Shown: positions 27,071-40,174 of the stretch, in pieces | Numbering within the stretch: position 1 is the stretch's first letter | Layout: the number at the start of each line of letters is the position of its first letter | Source of the DNA: Paraspadella gotoi | Taxonomy: Eukaryota > Animalia > Chaetognatha | Direction of reading: 5' to 3' | NCBI GenBank assembly: GCA_051294375.1 | Contig: CM119263.1 | Span: 13,408,414-13,472,413 of the forward strand | DNA: 64,000 nucleotides | Position numbers and translations under genes: made by a program | The notes under the pieces: generated by a model | What the model saw: the letters and a program-made list of their open reading frames with translations, nothing else | What the model was told of the DNA's origin: nothing | Database searches by the model: none

Positions 27071-27499
27071 TCTCTCCCCACCCTCCTTCCCCCTCACCTC
27101 TCAACCTTCCCTCCCTCCCTCACTTTCGCCATCATCTTTCATTGTTCGTGCCCGACTCCCGTGAGTTGGTCTTGTCTGAAGTCGACCAAGCATGGACAAG
27201 CGCCAACCCCCAGTTTACATACCAATTCAGACTTACAAAGACCCCGCGCTTGCGCAGACGACGACGAGGAGGACGACAAGGATGAAGACGACGACGGGGA
27301 CGTCGATGACGAGGAAGAAGACGACGAAGATGAAAACGAGGCTCTCGACGAAGACGACGACGACGACGACGACAACGAAAGCGACGACGACAGACACAGT
27401 TGATGCTGACAAAGAAGAAGATTTCAAAGACGACGACGAAGACGTTGACGACGATGAAGATGAAGTTCACGAAATCGGCAACGACGAAGACGACAACGT

Positions 27500-27542
<43 letters not shown>

Positions 27543-30500
27543 CAGACTTTTTTTTTCCTCCGAGGAAAAGAAGAAGAAAAAAATTGAGAAGAAAAGTTTC
27601 TCTCTGCTTCGCTCGCCATGCGTGATGTCGAGGATTTTTTTTACTCGGCGATAATTTCGTTACAAATTTGAATATAATTACTTTGTGTTTTTTTTGTTTT
27701 TTTGAAATATTAACTGCTTGATATTGATATGTGGAGAAGAGAATATATCTGAAAGAAGGTAAGTTGCGTGCAGCCGTCGTCGGGGAGGAGAGATTAATTT
27801 CATTACCCCGAAACGAAATTTACTAGCGACTTATTTTTCACTTATAGTTACTAAAACGAAAGTTTTCTTAACAAAATTACTTATTGATAAAATTATTTAT
27901 CGTATCGTATCAATTTTATTTTTTTTTAATTGTTGTGTCTTTTTTATTTGTTTTACTTTCGTCTTTTTTAACCTTTTGATATTACGCAGGTCCTTTTTGT
28001 CTCGTGTTCTTGCTTCTCCCTTTTCTTTTTGTCCTTTCCTCTCTTTTCTTTTCGCCCATTTTCTTCTCATCTTCCCTTTATTTTGTCTTCTCTCGTCTGG
28101 AGAGCAAAGATCATCACAGTGAGGCGAAGGCAACGGATTCTTGATCTTTGCAATGAAAGACTCAGAAGAAGAAAGACAAAAAAAAAGATAAAAGAAAAAA
28201 AAAGAAAGAGAAGAACGAGAAAAAAGTATTTACAAAGAAGAAAAAAAAAGATATAAAAAAGAAAAACGGGTTTAACTTAATAGAAAGAAGTAAAAAAGAC
28301 CAAAACAACTAAAAGAAATAATACTCATTTTGAAATGTTATATACCGCAATAATATGTGATTAACTTTTAATCTCCAAATTTCTAATTTATTGGCGTTAA
28401 AAAGTGATAAATAAAAAACCCAGTACAATTAGCAATATTAAGCAAATTGATTTATCACCCATCCCTCTCCTTCTCCATCATTCCCTCTGTCGCTACCTCC
28501 TACTTGGCTACAGATAATTTTTTCCCATTTATATCGGGAAGGAATTATGACTAAGCCCCTCATCTTTGTCTGTCATTATTTTATGAGTCCGACCTCCTAC
28601 CTTTCCTTCCTCTCCCGCCTCCTCTCTCTCTCTCCCTTCTCCTCATATTTCACGATCGCCCGTAAACGAACCGAGGGCGAGGGGGGGGCGTTTTAGGAGA
28701 TGAAACAGATATGACTCTCCCTCCCTCTGGCGGCCGACGCTCTTCTATTGTGATTGGTTTGAAGGGCTGAAACGGAGACTGTACGGGACGTGTTTTTGAT
28801 AAAAAAAAATATGTCAGTATTTGCGGTAATGTTGAATTGTGAAAGCACATCCCGGTGATGGTGACCGAAAAGCTGCTTCTACCAAAGAAGAGACTATGAC
28901 GGAACAAGCTGGCGAATCCGAGTTTCGTCCGCCAAGCATCGACTTATTCGTCGTGAAAGGGAAGAACGGGATTTTGATCGAGTCGAAGCGAAGGCGAAGA
29001 TTTAACGATCCGAGAGAGCGATGAGAGATTCGATAGAGCGCGGGGTGGGGTGAGCGAAGGACGGTGAGAAAAAGGGCGGTGGCCTTCGTGGGATGTCTGG
29101 ATAAGGGACGCAGGTTTTCGATGGAGGGGAATGGGGCGAATACTCGGGAGGGGCCGGGGTGGGAGAATTTTTAGAAGATACTCACTCGGTCCCGCTCTCC
29201 CCCAGTCCGCTTCAGCCCCGCGCCCCGCGCCCCGCGCCCCGCGCCCCGCGCCCCGCGCCCGCGCAGGCACTCGATTTTTTACGATTTTCGCTCTACATGA
29301 CGACGCGATGACGACGACGCCGTCTATTACGACGATGTTGACGACGACGACGAAGTTTTTGTCCCGAGTTCGAGTCCCTTGTTTTTCGACGTCCGCCCGA
29401 AAAAATTTCATTTACATGATAAAGAGAGAATCGAGGGATGGCGGAGTCGGATGAGATCAAAGCCAAGTGACGCTACGCGATCGCGTTACGCTTTGATCTT
29501 TCCGCGTATTTCTTCTTTTTTTTTGAGAGAGAGAGTAAAAATGATAAAAATGATAGTTTAAAAAAGGTACGATGTGTTGGAAGCGGTTTTAAAATGTTAA
29601 TGCCTTAAATTGATGCGAATGTAAAGATTCGGAAACTGAACTGTATCGTCTAACCACTTGCAACGTTTTATGCCAGAGCCTCAACTTACCCCAGCTTTTT
29701 TCCGTTGCTTACTTTGCGTCAAGAATACCTGACTCCCACATGGCCTTGATCCTTACCCTATCTTCTCGCCCACCCAACCCAATTCGGCACGGGTATCCGT
29801 CCTCCTGATGAGAAATCGATTCTCCCGATTTTCGCCTCGTCACCGCTAGAGGGCGGGAGAGGGCGATGCGGAGAGGGGCGGGAGTGGTTGGCGAGGAAGA
29901 AAAAAAAATAGAAAGCGATTTGATGCAACAGATAAGTCTGGTAAGGAGAAACATTGGAAGAGGTTTTATGAGACGATGCAGTTAAGAGTTATGAGTTTTT
30001 TTAGTGATACCAGTTTTCGTTTATCAGGTTTTGTTACTTCTGGTCTTTCAGGGGTAATTTTATTTCGATAACATTTATAAACAGAAAATCAAAAACATTT
30101 TTTTCTAAATGCAAAATCGGCCAATGAAAAATTTTCTTTGAAACCACGGATAAAAAAACAATAGGTCAGCAATTGTAATCACGTCATGATTCAATCCGTT
30201 CAGGGATAACAAAGGTAACCGAACTTGAAAACATAAGAACAGATTAAAACAAGTTTGAGCAAACAATGCCGGATCTGCTTACGATCATTAGCGGTAAGCA
30301 GCTAATCAGATAATTGATTAATTAATTTATTTATTTATTTATTTCATGCAGCTTGAATTTAATTTAATTTAAAAAAAAGCATAATCAAATAGTAAAATAG
30401 ATTTTTTTGTTTTTTTCATTTTAACTCATTTCCACTTGGACGATTCCATCGAAACTTGATTTCCTGCTCATTCACACACTGCACCGGACACGCTCACATT

Positions 30501-31400
30501 AAGTGATATTCTGTCAGTTCAACACCGATTCTCTTCATAGATCTCATTCCAGATTCTACCAAATATCCGTATTCGTCTTTCTCTCCTCTCCACGGAACGG
30601 ACGTCGCCAAAATAAGACATCATCCTTCGGCTCAAATTGTAAGGACCTCGGGGAGGTAGGGGGGGGGCGGAGAGGCATAAGTCATCCGATGAAATAAATC
30701 CCTATTTGACGCCGAGCTCCAACGTTAATTGGTAGCGTCGGGCGGTTGCGGAGCGGCGAACCGTGAAAGCGGATTTGCCGAATCCGCCTTCGTTGAACAG
30801 AGCGCGATTTAGTAACGCCGAAATATCGCGCGTATCGATATTAAAGAATGGGGAAGCTCCGATCCGCGGGTGGACATTTGCCGGTGGGACGTCTTTAATA
30901 GGAACTTTTAAGAAATAATAAGAATCCGATTCTTGGAATCCGAAATTCGGGAATTCGAGGATTTGGATTCTTAATTCCAAATTCGATTCTCGATATTTTA
31001 TTGACGGTTGACAGTTTTTGGGTTCGATTTTATTTTCATCCTACTTATAATTCAAATTATAAAATTAATTTTAAAAAAAGAAGACAAGAACCATCTGACA
31101 CCGCTTATGGCTAATTACAACACTGAGTGATAACGAGATGCTAAAATTCACATTAAACTGTCCGAGTCCTTGTTAAAATTACGCATGGTACTTAATTTTT
31201 CGAATATTCCCCCGAAAATAAGGTTAAATCCGTCAGCATTCTTCCCTCTCGTCACAATCGACGATTCGAAGCCGTGTCATTGTGTCACGATGAAACAATT
31301 GACGCCGGTGACGCTATTGACGCCGATGCCGCAGACGTCACTGATGTCTTTCACTTTGATTTCTGCTTCAATGAATTTCATTTTTGCGGGGTTCCGACCC
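27071..31400 (+). repeat. Block B, copy 2
   Basis: Runs from CCCCACCCTCC to GGGGTTCCGACCC, then continues into unique sequence. Confidence 0.95.
27258..27587 (+). CDS. Candidate exon encoding an extremely Asp/Glu-rich segment (noisier copy at about 20484-20802)
   Basis: About 95 codons dominated by GAC/GAT/GAA/GAG with third-position variation. The single frameshift near 27392 is absent at that position in the other copy. It could instead be non-coding (ACG)n cryptic simplicity. Confidence 0.3.
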
Positions 31401-31560
31401 CCTTACCCCCATGTCCCTTTTTTTCCGCCCCCCCCCCCCCCCCACGAACATCGTCGTCGCTCTCTATCTCACCGATCTCTTCGTTTCTTTCAGAATCTTG
31501 TCGCTATTGTCTTTTGACGTCGTCGTCGTCCTCGTCGCTATCCCTATTGTATGTCTTCGA

Positions 31561-31604
31561 ACCCATAGACCCATAGACCCATAGACCGATAGACCCATAG
31601 ACCG
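31561..31604. repeat. (ACCCATAG)5 octamer repeat
   Basis: Read directly; one unit varies (ACCGATAG). Confidence 0.85.
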
Positions 31605-31883
31605 ACCTATAACTAAAAAAAAATTTTGTTAGATTAAAAAAGAGTCGACGAAAAAAGCCATTTCTTTTTTTTCCCCCTTATTTCTTTTCCCAGCTCCCTC
31701 GGCAGCGGAATCTCCGTTTCCTGTTACCGATCGTCGCCGCGATGCCTTCGACGCGTTGCTAAGCGTTTCCAGGCGTTGCTAAGCGTCGCCGCGGTGGGAA
31801 CGCAGGCGACGATGACGACGACTTACCCGAGGATTTTCACGCGTTTGTCCAACGGAAAATTTGGCACCGTTCTTCTTTCGAGG

Positions 31884-31977
<94 letters not shown>

Positions 31978-32521
31978 TCCTCCCTCCTCCTCAATCCTAC
32001 ACCCCAACTTTCGTCGAATGGCCGGCCCGCGATGTTCCACCGATGTTCAGGGGGACGCGGAGAATGGCCGGCCGCTTTTGGCCGTTATCGAGTAATCGGC
32101 TGTGGTGGCGGTCGGCGTCGGCTGGGGGCGGCCCGGCGTAGGCGGCGACGTCGCGGCGCGGGTTGGCGGCGGCGTCGCGGCGGCAGCAGATGTCATCGCA
32201 AGAAAACTGCTCCGTGAGGAGTGGAAGCTTTGGGGTATGGAAGGTAGTAATTTAATATGAAATAGCAATCATAGTATTTTAAAAAACACCAAAATATCAA
32301 TACTATTGTTTATTATTCTAATTAGAGATATGTAATGATTTCTTCCAAAAATATGATTGGCCAAACGGTAGCACTAAAAAATCCACGTATGACTCTGTAT
32401 TTTTTTTCGTGACCGCCCTTCCAGAAAGACCCTTCGTACCTCCTTCGTTCATGGCCAAAGTTTGAAGGGAAGTTTGGTGATCTAAGGACTTGACAGCTCA
32501 TTGAAGAATGAGAGAGACGAG

Positions 32522-32609
<88 letters not shown>

Positions 32610-32778
32610 CAGAGTGACAGAGCGACAGAGGAGTCCATAGAATTGTGGCATAAACTACATCACACCGTCCGTCGTCACCTGGCTTTTGTGTGTTTATGCA
32701 AATGAGGAGAAGTCGGGCAAAGCAGGAACAGTCGGGTCAAATATACCGAGACCATCACAATATGCTTCATTATCATAC

Positions 32779-32855
<77 letters not shown>

Positions 32856-32872
32856 CTCTCTCGTCTCTCTCC

Positions 32873-32917
<45 letters not shown>

Positions 32918-32931
32918 TTCTCTCTTTCTCT

Positions 32932-32971
<40 letters not shown>

Positions 32972-33333
32972 TTCCTTCTTTTCTTTTGATTCTGTACTTA
33001 ATATTTTATCCGTATTTATCTTTTGCTCGTAAAACCCCTCAGTTTTTATCTTCGTCATTTTTTCGGCGTTGTTGTTGTTGTGTCCCTCTGGCGGTGCGTT
33101 TACGTTCGTACAGGAATTCGACGATTAACAGGGGACTAATGTTTGTTTGTGTATTAATCGTAAAAAACATCGGGTTATTCTTGTGGAATGCTTGTTCCCG
33201 TAAAGTTGAAGGAACAGCTCGAGAGCAAAATATTTGAAAAAAGGAACAAACAAAACTGACAAAACAAAACAAAAACTAACGTGGACAAAACACTGCTGGG
33301 AATAGAAGAGAAAAATACTCGCCTGTCTTTCAA

Positions 33334-33368
<35 letters not shown>

Positions 33369-34782
33369 TCTTTCTCTCGATTCTTTCTGCCTCGAGCTTT
33401 CCTAGTCTTTCCATCATCCCGAGTTTTGCCCAAAATCTGCATTGCTAATGAGATAAGCCTTTGCCAACTGGAAAAATTGGGGGAACTTGTGAGAAAGTTG
33501 AGGGTATAGGGAAAAAGAAGGGGGGGATTATGTCGGAACGGGATAAAAATGGGGGAACGGGTGAGACATGGGGGAACGTTTAAGGAAGCGGAGCCTGGAG
33601 GCATGGAGGCATGGAAAAAGAATCGAGGTTGAGGGAACATATATTGGATGTTGGGGGTTTAGCTGGGGGAACGAAAAGGGCCTGCTGAAAAAAAAGGAAT
33701 GAGAGACGATGGGATGAAGGAGGGTGAAAAACTGAAGACTTAAAAAAAAACCGAAAAGAAAGCTAAAGAAGATTGTAAGGCGACTGAAGCAGAGGTCAAG
33801 CCGAGGCACATACGGGTCAGTATCGAAACGCAAGAAAAAGAGAGAGAGCGAGACGCCCGAAGAAAAAAAAAAGATAGAGAGCGAGAGATCACGACATTTG
33901 ACGTTGGCTGGCGTGGCGTAGACTGACGGCTATCCGTCAAATCGCTTGGATTTCGACGCTCGACTCTCTTACAAACCGAATTTGTTGGGCCTCAACAGCA
34001 TTGCGATGTATGGCGTAGATCGGACGACGGTATTACATCAACGCCAGCTAAATTGGCACAGGACGAGCAACGGCCTGGCGACGTATAATGGCGTCGAGCG
34101 GGAAGCCGAGGGTGGCAGGCTGGCAGGGTGGCAGGGTGGCGGCGAGGAGAAAAGGACGCCCAACTTTCTTTTTCCTCTTTCTTTTTCTTTCTTGGTCGTT
34201 ATTAAACTTTTTTCCCTTCTTCAAATAGCTCATTATTTCTATCGCAAATGGATTTCCTCGCCCGCCTCACCATTTCCTCATATTTCTCGGCGAAGACCGA
34301 CTTTTCGTCGCCCGGATTTTTTTTTTCTCTCTGCCTCATATTCTCAGTCAGTTTCTTCATCATCCGACTTTGTATCTCGCGCTCACCATTTCACTTTCCT
34401 TTTATGTCCTTTCTACCCGCCTTGATATAAATTTTTTTCTTCAATTATTTATATTCAGTTATCCATTCATCCTTTTTTCATCATCCAATTTTCATATTTT
34501 GAACAGTTCCAATATCACCACCACTCGGAATCATCTTCCAAATACGTTTGTCAGATTATTTAACTTGTTTAGGTTCAGCCTAACATTAAAAAGTGTATCA
34601 TTCTTCCTCCCCTCTTTTCCCCACTCCTTCTGCAAAATTCCCCCTCCGTTCAGCCCCTTACCGGCGACCATACCCTCACTCCCTCGCTCTCTCACTTCTG
34701 GTCAGTTGCGTCACGTCCGATAGAACGTCTCGGTCTTAAATCTAAATCATCTTCCAGCGTCCAAGTTCACGCTCCCCGCCAT

Positions 34783-34792
34783 NNNNNNNNNN
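34783..34792. other. Assembly gap, 10 N
   Basis: Counted directly. Confidence 1.
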
Positions 34793-34801
34793 CTTGACAA
34801 C

Positions 34802-35727
34802 CCCTAACTTCCCATCCCCCGGCGACCTCGAATTCGCTTCTCTCTTTGAACAATCTTTTACTTCACATGTAACTGTATGGACTCTTTCGTTCTTAACAAA
34901 ACTACTTTCTGATCTAAACAACTTCTTTCGAAACCAGACGAAATTAACCCTCTCGAATAAAACTGACCCGAACCAAACCTCGCCCTGTATCCCTCCCCAC
35001 ACCACGCGACCTTCGCCTCGCGACGAACCACGCCCTCCCGTCTGACTCCCCCAAACGATGATTTACCACGAGGAGGCGAGAGAGGCGATGCTTCGCTCGT
35101 CCTCACCCTAAATCACGACGATGACGACGACGACGACGACGACGCCGACGACGTGATTGGCGACGACAATAACCAAGACTCGACGATGACCATTGACCGA
35201 GATGACGACGAATGAGAGGAAGAAGTCGAAGACGACCGCGACGAATACGACGTCAAGATCGTCACTCGCCGCGCGAAAAAAAAAAAATTGAAAGAATATT
35301 TTCTCTTTGCTTGAATAATTTTATTATTTTTCAAAATGACCATTGGCTATATACTACCAATTTAGGGTTGACTAGCTAATAATAAACTGACTCTTTAACT
35401 AATTTCTACGAACGATCGACCTAGACAGATCCAAAGTTATGCATCCACAATCCAAAATCATTCAGAAACGGCGATGGTTAAAGTCCTACTTAGTATAGTA
35501 TATGTACCGTTTCGTTGCTCCTCCCGTTTTCTATTCTGTTTCGTCAAAATATTGAAAAAAAAAACAAACAAACTTTGTAGTACGTTTATTACTTTTTTCG
35601 TCGTCGGGACAATCTTGATTCTCGACTTTTGTTTTGGGTCAGGCCTTTTGTTTGTCCCGATAGTTGACAATCTGTTGTTGGGTCACGTGACTGCCGGCTT
35701 GTTTGTACGGGGTTAAGCAAAGGGGAG

Positions 35728-35774
<47 letters not shown>

Positions 35775-36928
35775 ATCGGAAAAAAAATCGTTGCCATAGA
35801 AATTTATCGGAAAATTTTATTTTTTTCATGGAATGAGCAATCTAATGCGATTGATGACAATATATAGTGTTTTAGCCTGGATTTGCCGAGCTAACAAGCA
35901 AACAAACAAATCATCGTCAAATAAAAGTCCAGAATTGTCCTTTGTTTCGTCGTCGTAGTGACGCATTTTAACTTTTGTTGATATCTTTGTTTCTTCATCG
36001 ACAGGATGGTCTTCGGATTCTGGAACGTCGTCCTTGTCGTCGTCGTCGTCGTCGTCGTCTTCATCGTTTCTGCTTTCTTTCACTTTCCATCAAAGATATC
36101 GTCTAACAAAACCAATTTATCTTATCGTATTTCAAGCCGCTTTTCATCCTTTGGAGGCTTTTTGTTCGAGAGTAAACCACTACAAGCCGGCGTAACCACT
36201 TTAGTATGCAAATACGATTATAGGAATTTCAGTTCTTACTTTTTTTTTCCCTTCGAAATGTGTTTTTAAACCACAACATGAAAAGAAACGATGAATGGTG
36301 AAGGGAGACTCGAACTCAAAAACATAGTACTTACCATCTTAGACAGCTTTGAGAGTGAGGTAGTCCCTCCTGTTGGACGAATGCCTTTCAAGTTCAAGTT
36401 CAAGTACTTTTTTTAAAACTTGATCGAAAGAAGTGTTTTCTTTTTTAACTCTTTTCTCCCTTCTCTCTCTCTCTCTCTCTCACTCTCTCTCTCGTTCTCT
36501 CTCTCTCTCCTCTCTCGTCTTCTCTCTCTCTCTTTTTTTTTTTTTTTTTTTTTTTCGCCATTGCCACCATTGGGATCGCCTTGTTCCCACCATTGGTTCC
36601 ACCTCTCAGCTACCCCCTTCTCCCCAACTCCCCACCGTTCACACCATTCTCCGTTCAAGTGGCGATTTTTTTTTTTTTTTCGCCCGCGCGCTTCCGAATA
36701 AAAAAAAGTATCCAACGCGTGCGCGATTAATCCCGCGTTTACTCGTGTTCCGTTTCCGGTCGCACGCGCTGAAGGGCGTGTGTCGCGACTCGTGCCGCGT
36801 CGGCGAGGTCGCGTGCGCGGGTTGGGTCACGGCTAGGTCACGTGATGCGCGCGGAATCGTGACGTCATAAACACGGCGAGTTACACGTCGAAAGAGGGTC
36901 ACGTGACAGAGGCGATGCGTCATGAAGG
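34802..36928 (+). repeat. Block C, copy 1 (about 2.1 kb tandem duplicate)
   Basis: CCCTAACTTCCCATCCCC...GCGTCATGAAGG is repeated head-to-tail at 36937-39052. Confidence 0.95.
36680..36925. promoter_or_regulatory. CpG-dense, promoter-like island with two extended E-boxes and a CRE (duplicate at about 38800-39050)
   Basis: GTCACGTGA at 36837-36845, TGACGTCA at 36860-36867 and GTCACGTGAC at 36898-36907. Confidence 0.4.
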
Positions 36929-36936
36929 AGGGAGAT

Positions 36937-37864
36937 CCCTAACTTCCCATCCCCGGCGGCGACCTCGAATTCGCTTCTCTCTTTGAACAATCTTTTACTT
37001 CACATGTAACTGTATGGACTCTTTCGTTCTTAACAAAACTACTTTCTGATCTAAACAACTTCTTTCGAAACCAGACGAAATTAACCCTCTCGAATAAAAC
37101 TGACCCGAACCCAAACCTCGACCTGTATCCCTCCCCACACCACGCGACCTTCGCCTCGCGACGAACCACGCCCTGCCCGTCTGACTCCCCCAAACGATGA
37201 TTTACCACGAGGAGGCGAGAGAGGCGATGCTTCGCTCGTCCTCACCCTAAATCACGACGATGACGACGACGACGACGACGACGCCGACGACGTGATTGGC
37301 GACGACAATAACCAAGACTCGACGATGACCATTGACCGAGATGACGACGAATGAGAGGAAGAAGTCGAAGACGACCGCGACGAATACGACGTCAAGATCG
37401 TCACTCGCCGCGCGAAAAAAAAAAATTGAAAGAATTTTTCTCTTTGCTTGAATAATTTTATTATTTTTCAAAATGACCATTGGCTAATATACTACCAATT
37501 TAGGGTTGACTAGCTAATAATAAACTGACTCTTTAACTAATTTCTACGAACGATCGACCAGACAGATCCAAAGTTATGCATCCACAATCCAAAATCATTC
37601 AGAAACGGCGATGGTTAAAGTCCTACTTAGTATAGTATAGTGTACCGTTTCGTTGCTCCTCCCGTTTTCTATTCTGTTTCGTCAAAATATTGAAAAAAAA
37701 CAACAAACTTTGTAGTACGTTATTACTTTTTTTCGTCGTCGGGACAATCCTTGATTCTCGACTTTTGTTTTGGGTCAGGCCTTTTGTTTGTCCCGATAGT
37801 TGACAATCTGTTGTTGGGGTCACGTGACTGCCGGCTTGTTTGTACGGGGTTAAGCAAAGGGGAG

Positions 37865-37913
<49 letters not shown>

Positions 37914-38586
37914 CCAGAGAAATCGGAAAAAAAATCGTTGCCATAAGAAATTTTATCGGAAAATTTTATTTTTTTCATGGAATGAGCAATGCTAATGCGA
38001 TTAATGACAATATATAGTGTTTAGCCTGGATTTGCCGAGCTAACAAGCAAACAAACAAATCATCGTCAAATAAAAGTCCAGAATTGTCCTTTGTTTCGTC
38101 GTCGTAGATGACGCATATTTTAATAACTTTTTTCTTCATCGACAGGATGGTCTTCGGATTCTGGAACGTCGTCCTTGTCGTCGTCGGTCGTCGTCGTCTA
38201 CATCGTTTCTGCTTTCTTTCCTTTCCATCAAAGATATCGTCTAACAAACCAATTTATCTTATCGTATTTCAGAGCCGCTTTTCATCCTTTGGAGGCTTTT
38301 TGTTCGAGAGTAAACCACTACAAGCGCGGCGTAACCACTTTAGTATGCAAATACGATTAATAGGAATTTCAGTTCTTACTTTTTTTTTCCTTCAGAATGT
38401 GTTTTTAAACCACAACATGAAAAAGAAACGATGAATGGTGAAGGGAGACTCGAACTCAAAAACATAGTACTTACCATCTTAGACAGCTTTGAGAGTGAGG
38501 TAGTCCCTCGTTGGACGAATGCCTTTCAAGTTCAAGTTCAAGTACTTTTTTTAAACTTGATCGAAAGAAGTGTTTCTTTTTTAACT

Positions 38587-38673
<87 letters not shown>

Positions 38674-39052
38674 TTTTTTTTTTTTTTCCGCATTGACCAT
38701 TGGGACGCCACCCATTGTTTCCCACACCTTCTCAGCTACCCCCCCTTTCTCCCCAACTCCCCACCGTTCCACCATTCTCCGTTCAAGTGGCGATTTTTTT
38801 TTCGCCCGCGCGCTTCCGAATAAAAAAAAAGTATCCAACGCGTGCGCGATTAATCCCGCGTTTACTCGTGTTCCGTTTCCGGTCGCACGCGCTGAAGGGC
38901 GTGTGTCGCGACTCGTGCCGCGTCGGCGAGGTCGCGTGCGCGGGTTGGGTCAACGGCTAGGTCACGTGATGCGCGCGAATCGTGACGTCATAAACACGGC
39001 GAGTTACACGTCGAAAGAGGGTCACGGTGACAGAGGCGATGCGTCATGAAGG
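36937..39052 (+). repeat. Block C, copy 2
   Basis: Colinear with 34802-36928, with indel-type differences. Confidence 0.95.
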
Positions 39053-39067
39053 GAAGGAATGAGAAAG

Positions 39068-39114
<47 letters not shown>

Positions 39115-39143
39115 AGAGTTAGAGGAGAGAAGAGAGAGAGAGA

Positions 39144-39168
39144 NNNNNNNNNNNNNNNNNNNNNNNNN
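39144..39168. other. Assembly gap, 25 N
   Basis: Counted directly. Confidence 1.
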
Positions 39169-39191
39169 AGAGAGAGAGAGAGAGAGAGAGA

Positions 39192-39359
39192 AGCTTTGCT
39201 GATGAGAATGGCCCCATGGACAGACGGTTAGGTCTCCTCAGACTGGGGAAGGACGACAACCACGGCGACGTCGAAGCTTACGATGAAGACAACGACTTTG
39301 GTGCAGTGATAGAAATAATTCCATCTCTATGTTATTGTATCTTTCATTGTTTTTACTAG
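39192..39359 (+). CDS. Partial exon of a neuropeptide precursor encoding LGLLRL-amide (myomodulin/LRLamide-like)
   Basis: Hand translation: SFADENGPMDRR-LGLLRL-GK-DDNHGDVEAYDEDNDFG...FY*. It has a dibasic RR site, an amidation Gly, a basic residue, and acidic spacers on both sides. The 5' end is lost in an (AG)n run next to the 25-N gap at 39144-39168. Confidence 0.6.
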   Translation, partial: SFADENGPMDRRLGLLRLGKDDNHGDVEAYDEDNDFGAVIEIIPSLCYCIFHCFY

Positions 39360-40129
39360 AGAAAGTCTATCTAAGTAATGCTCAATATTTCAGCATTGAA
39401 ATAACGATAAATAGCTACAAAAGTTAAATGCGGTGATATTTAGTCTTTTGAAGAAGAATTACAGTTACTTTCCCTACGTTTGTCGAGTCGTTTTTCTATC
39501 GAAAGGCAAAGCGGAATTTTCGTCAAATTGGTCCGATGTTATATATTATATTATAAAATATAAAGCATAATATTAGTGATAACCACTATCATTTCTACAC
39601 CGTTCGTTTTCCACACACTCTGTGCGGACTTCCCGATCTTGTACATCTCTTGCTTTTTCTTCATCGCCCTCCACCAAGTTTTCCCCCATAAACTTTACTC
39701 CACGGACCCATTTCGTGCCCCGTTCCCTTCTTTTACCCCATTCTCTCTCTCTCCAATATCCATCCCCTCACCAATTGTCCTCGAACCCCCCCCCCGTTAC
39801 CACGCCCCTCCGTCAAACAAGCTCCCATGGTGCTTTCATGGGTTTTTATGAATGTTTTGTCGAGGTCAGAGGATGGGTTAACGAGAGGCTGCTGGGACGG
39901 ACGCGGTCCGGACAGAGGGACTGACGATGGCGACGCGATGTCCGCGCTTCGTTGCGTTGATCGCTCACGACTCGAAGGAATTGATTGCAATCGACGAGTA
40001 TGGAACTGATTGTAGCAATCGGGTCAGATGATCTTTCTTAAATTATAAAGCGAATGAAATAAAATTTGTATTTCGTTTATCTGATGCTCTTTTATTGTTA
40101 AATTCGGATTTTAAACTCGGAGCTCGCTG

Positions 40130-40174
40130 ATTGGTCGGTCTTCTTCGGTTTGTTCCAAGCCGAAAGGTATAAAA
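40130..40174 (+). promoter_or_regulatory. Candidate Pol II core promoter: inverted CCAAT box plus TATA box
   Basis: CTGATTGGT (ATTGG at 40130-40134) and GGTATAAAACAGG (TATAAAA at 40168-40174). Confidence 0.35.

Noticed and set aside
34802-39052. The 2.1-kb head-to-tail copies as LTRs or a tandem gene array
   Set aside because: No TG...CA ends, primer-binding site, internal gag/pol or target-site duplication. Indel-type divergence between two assembly gaps points to redundancy.
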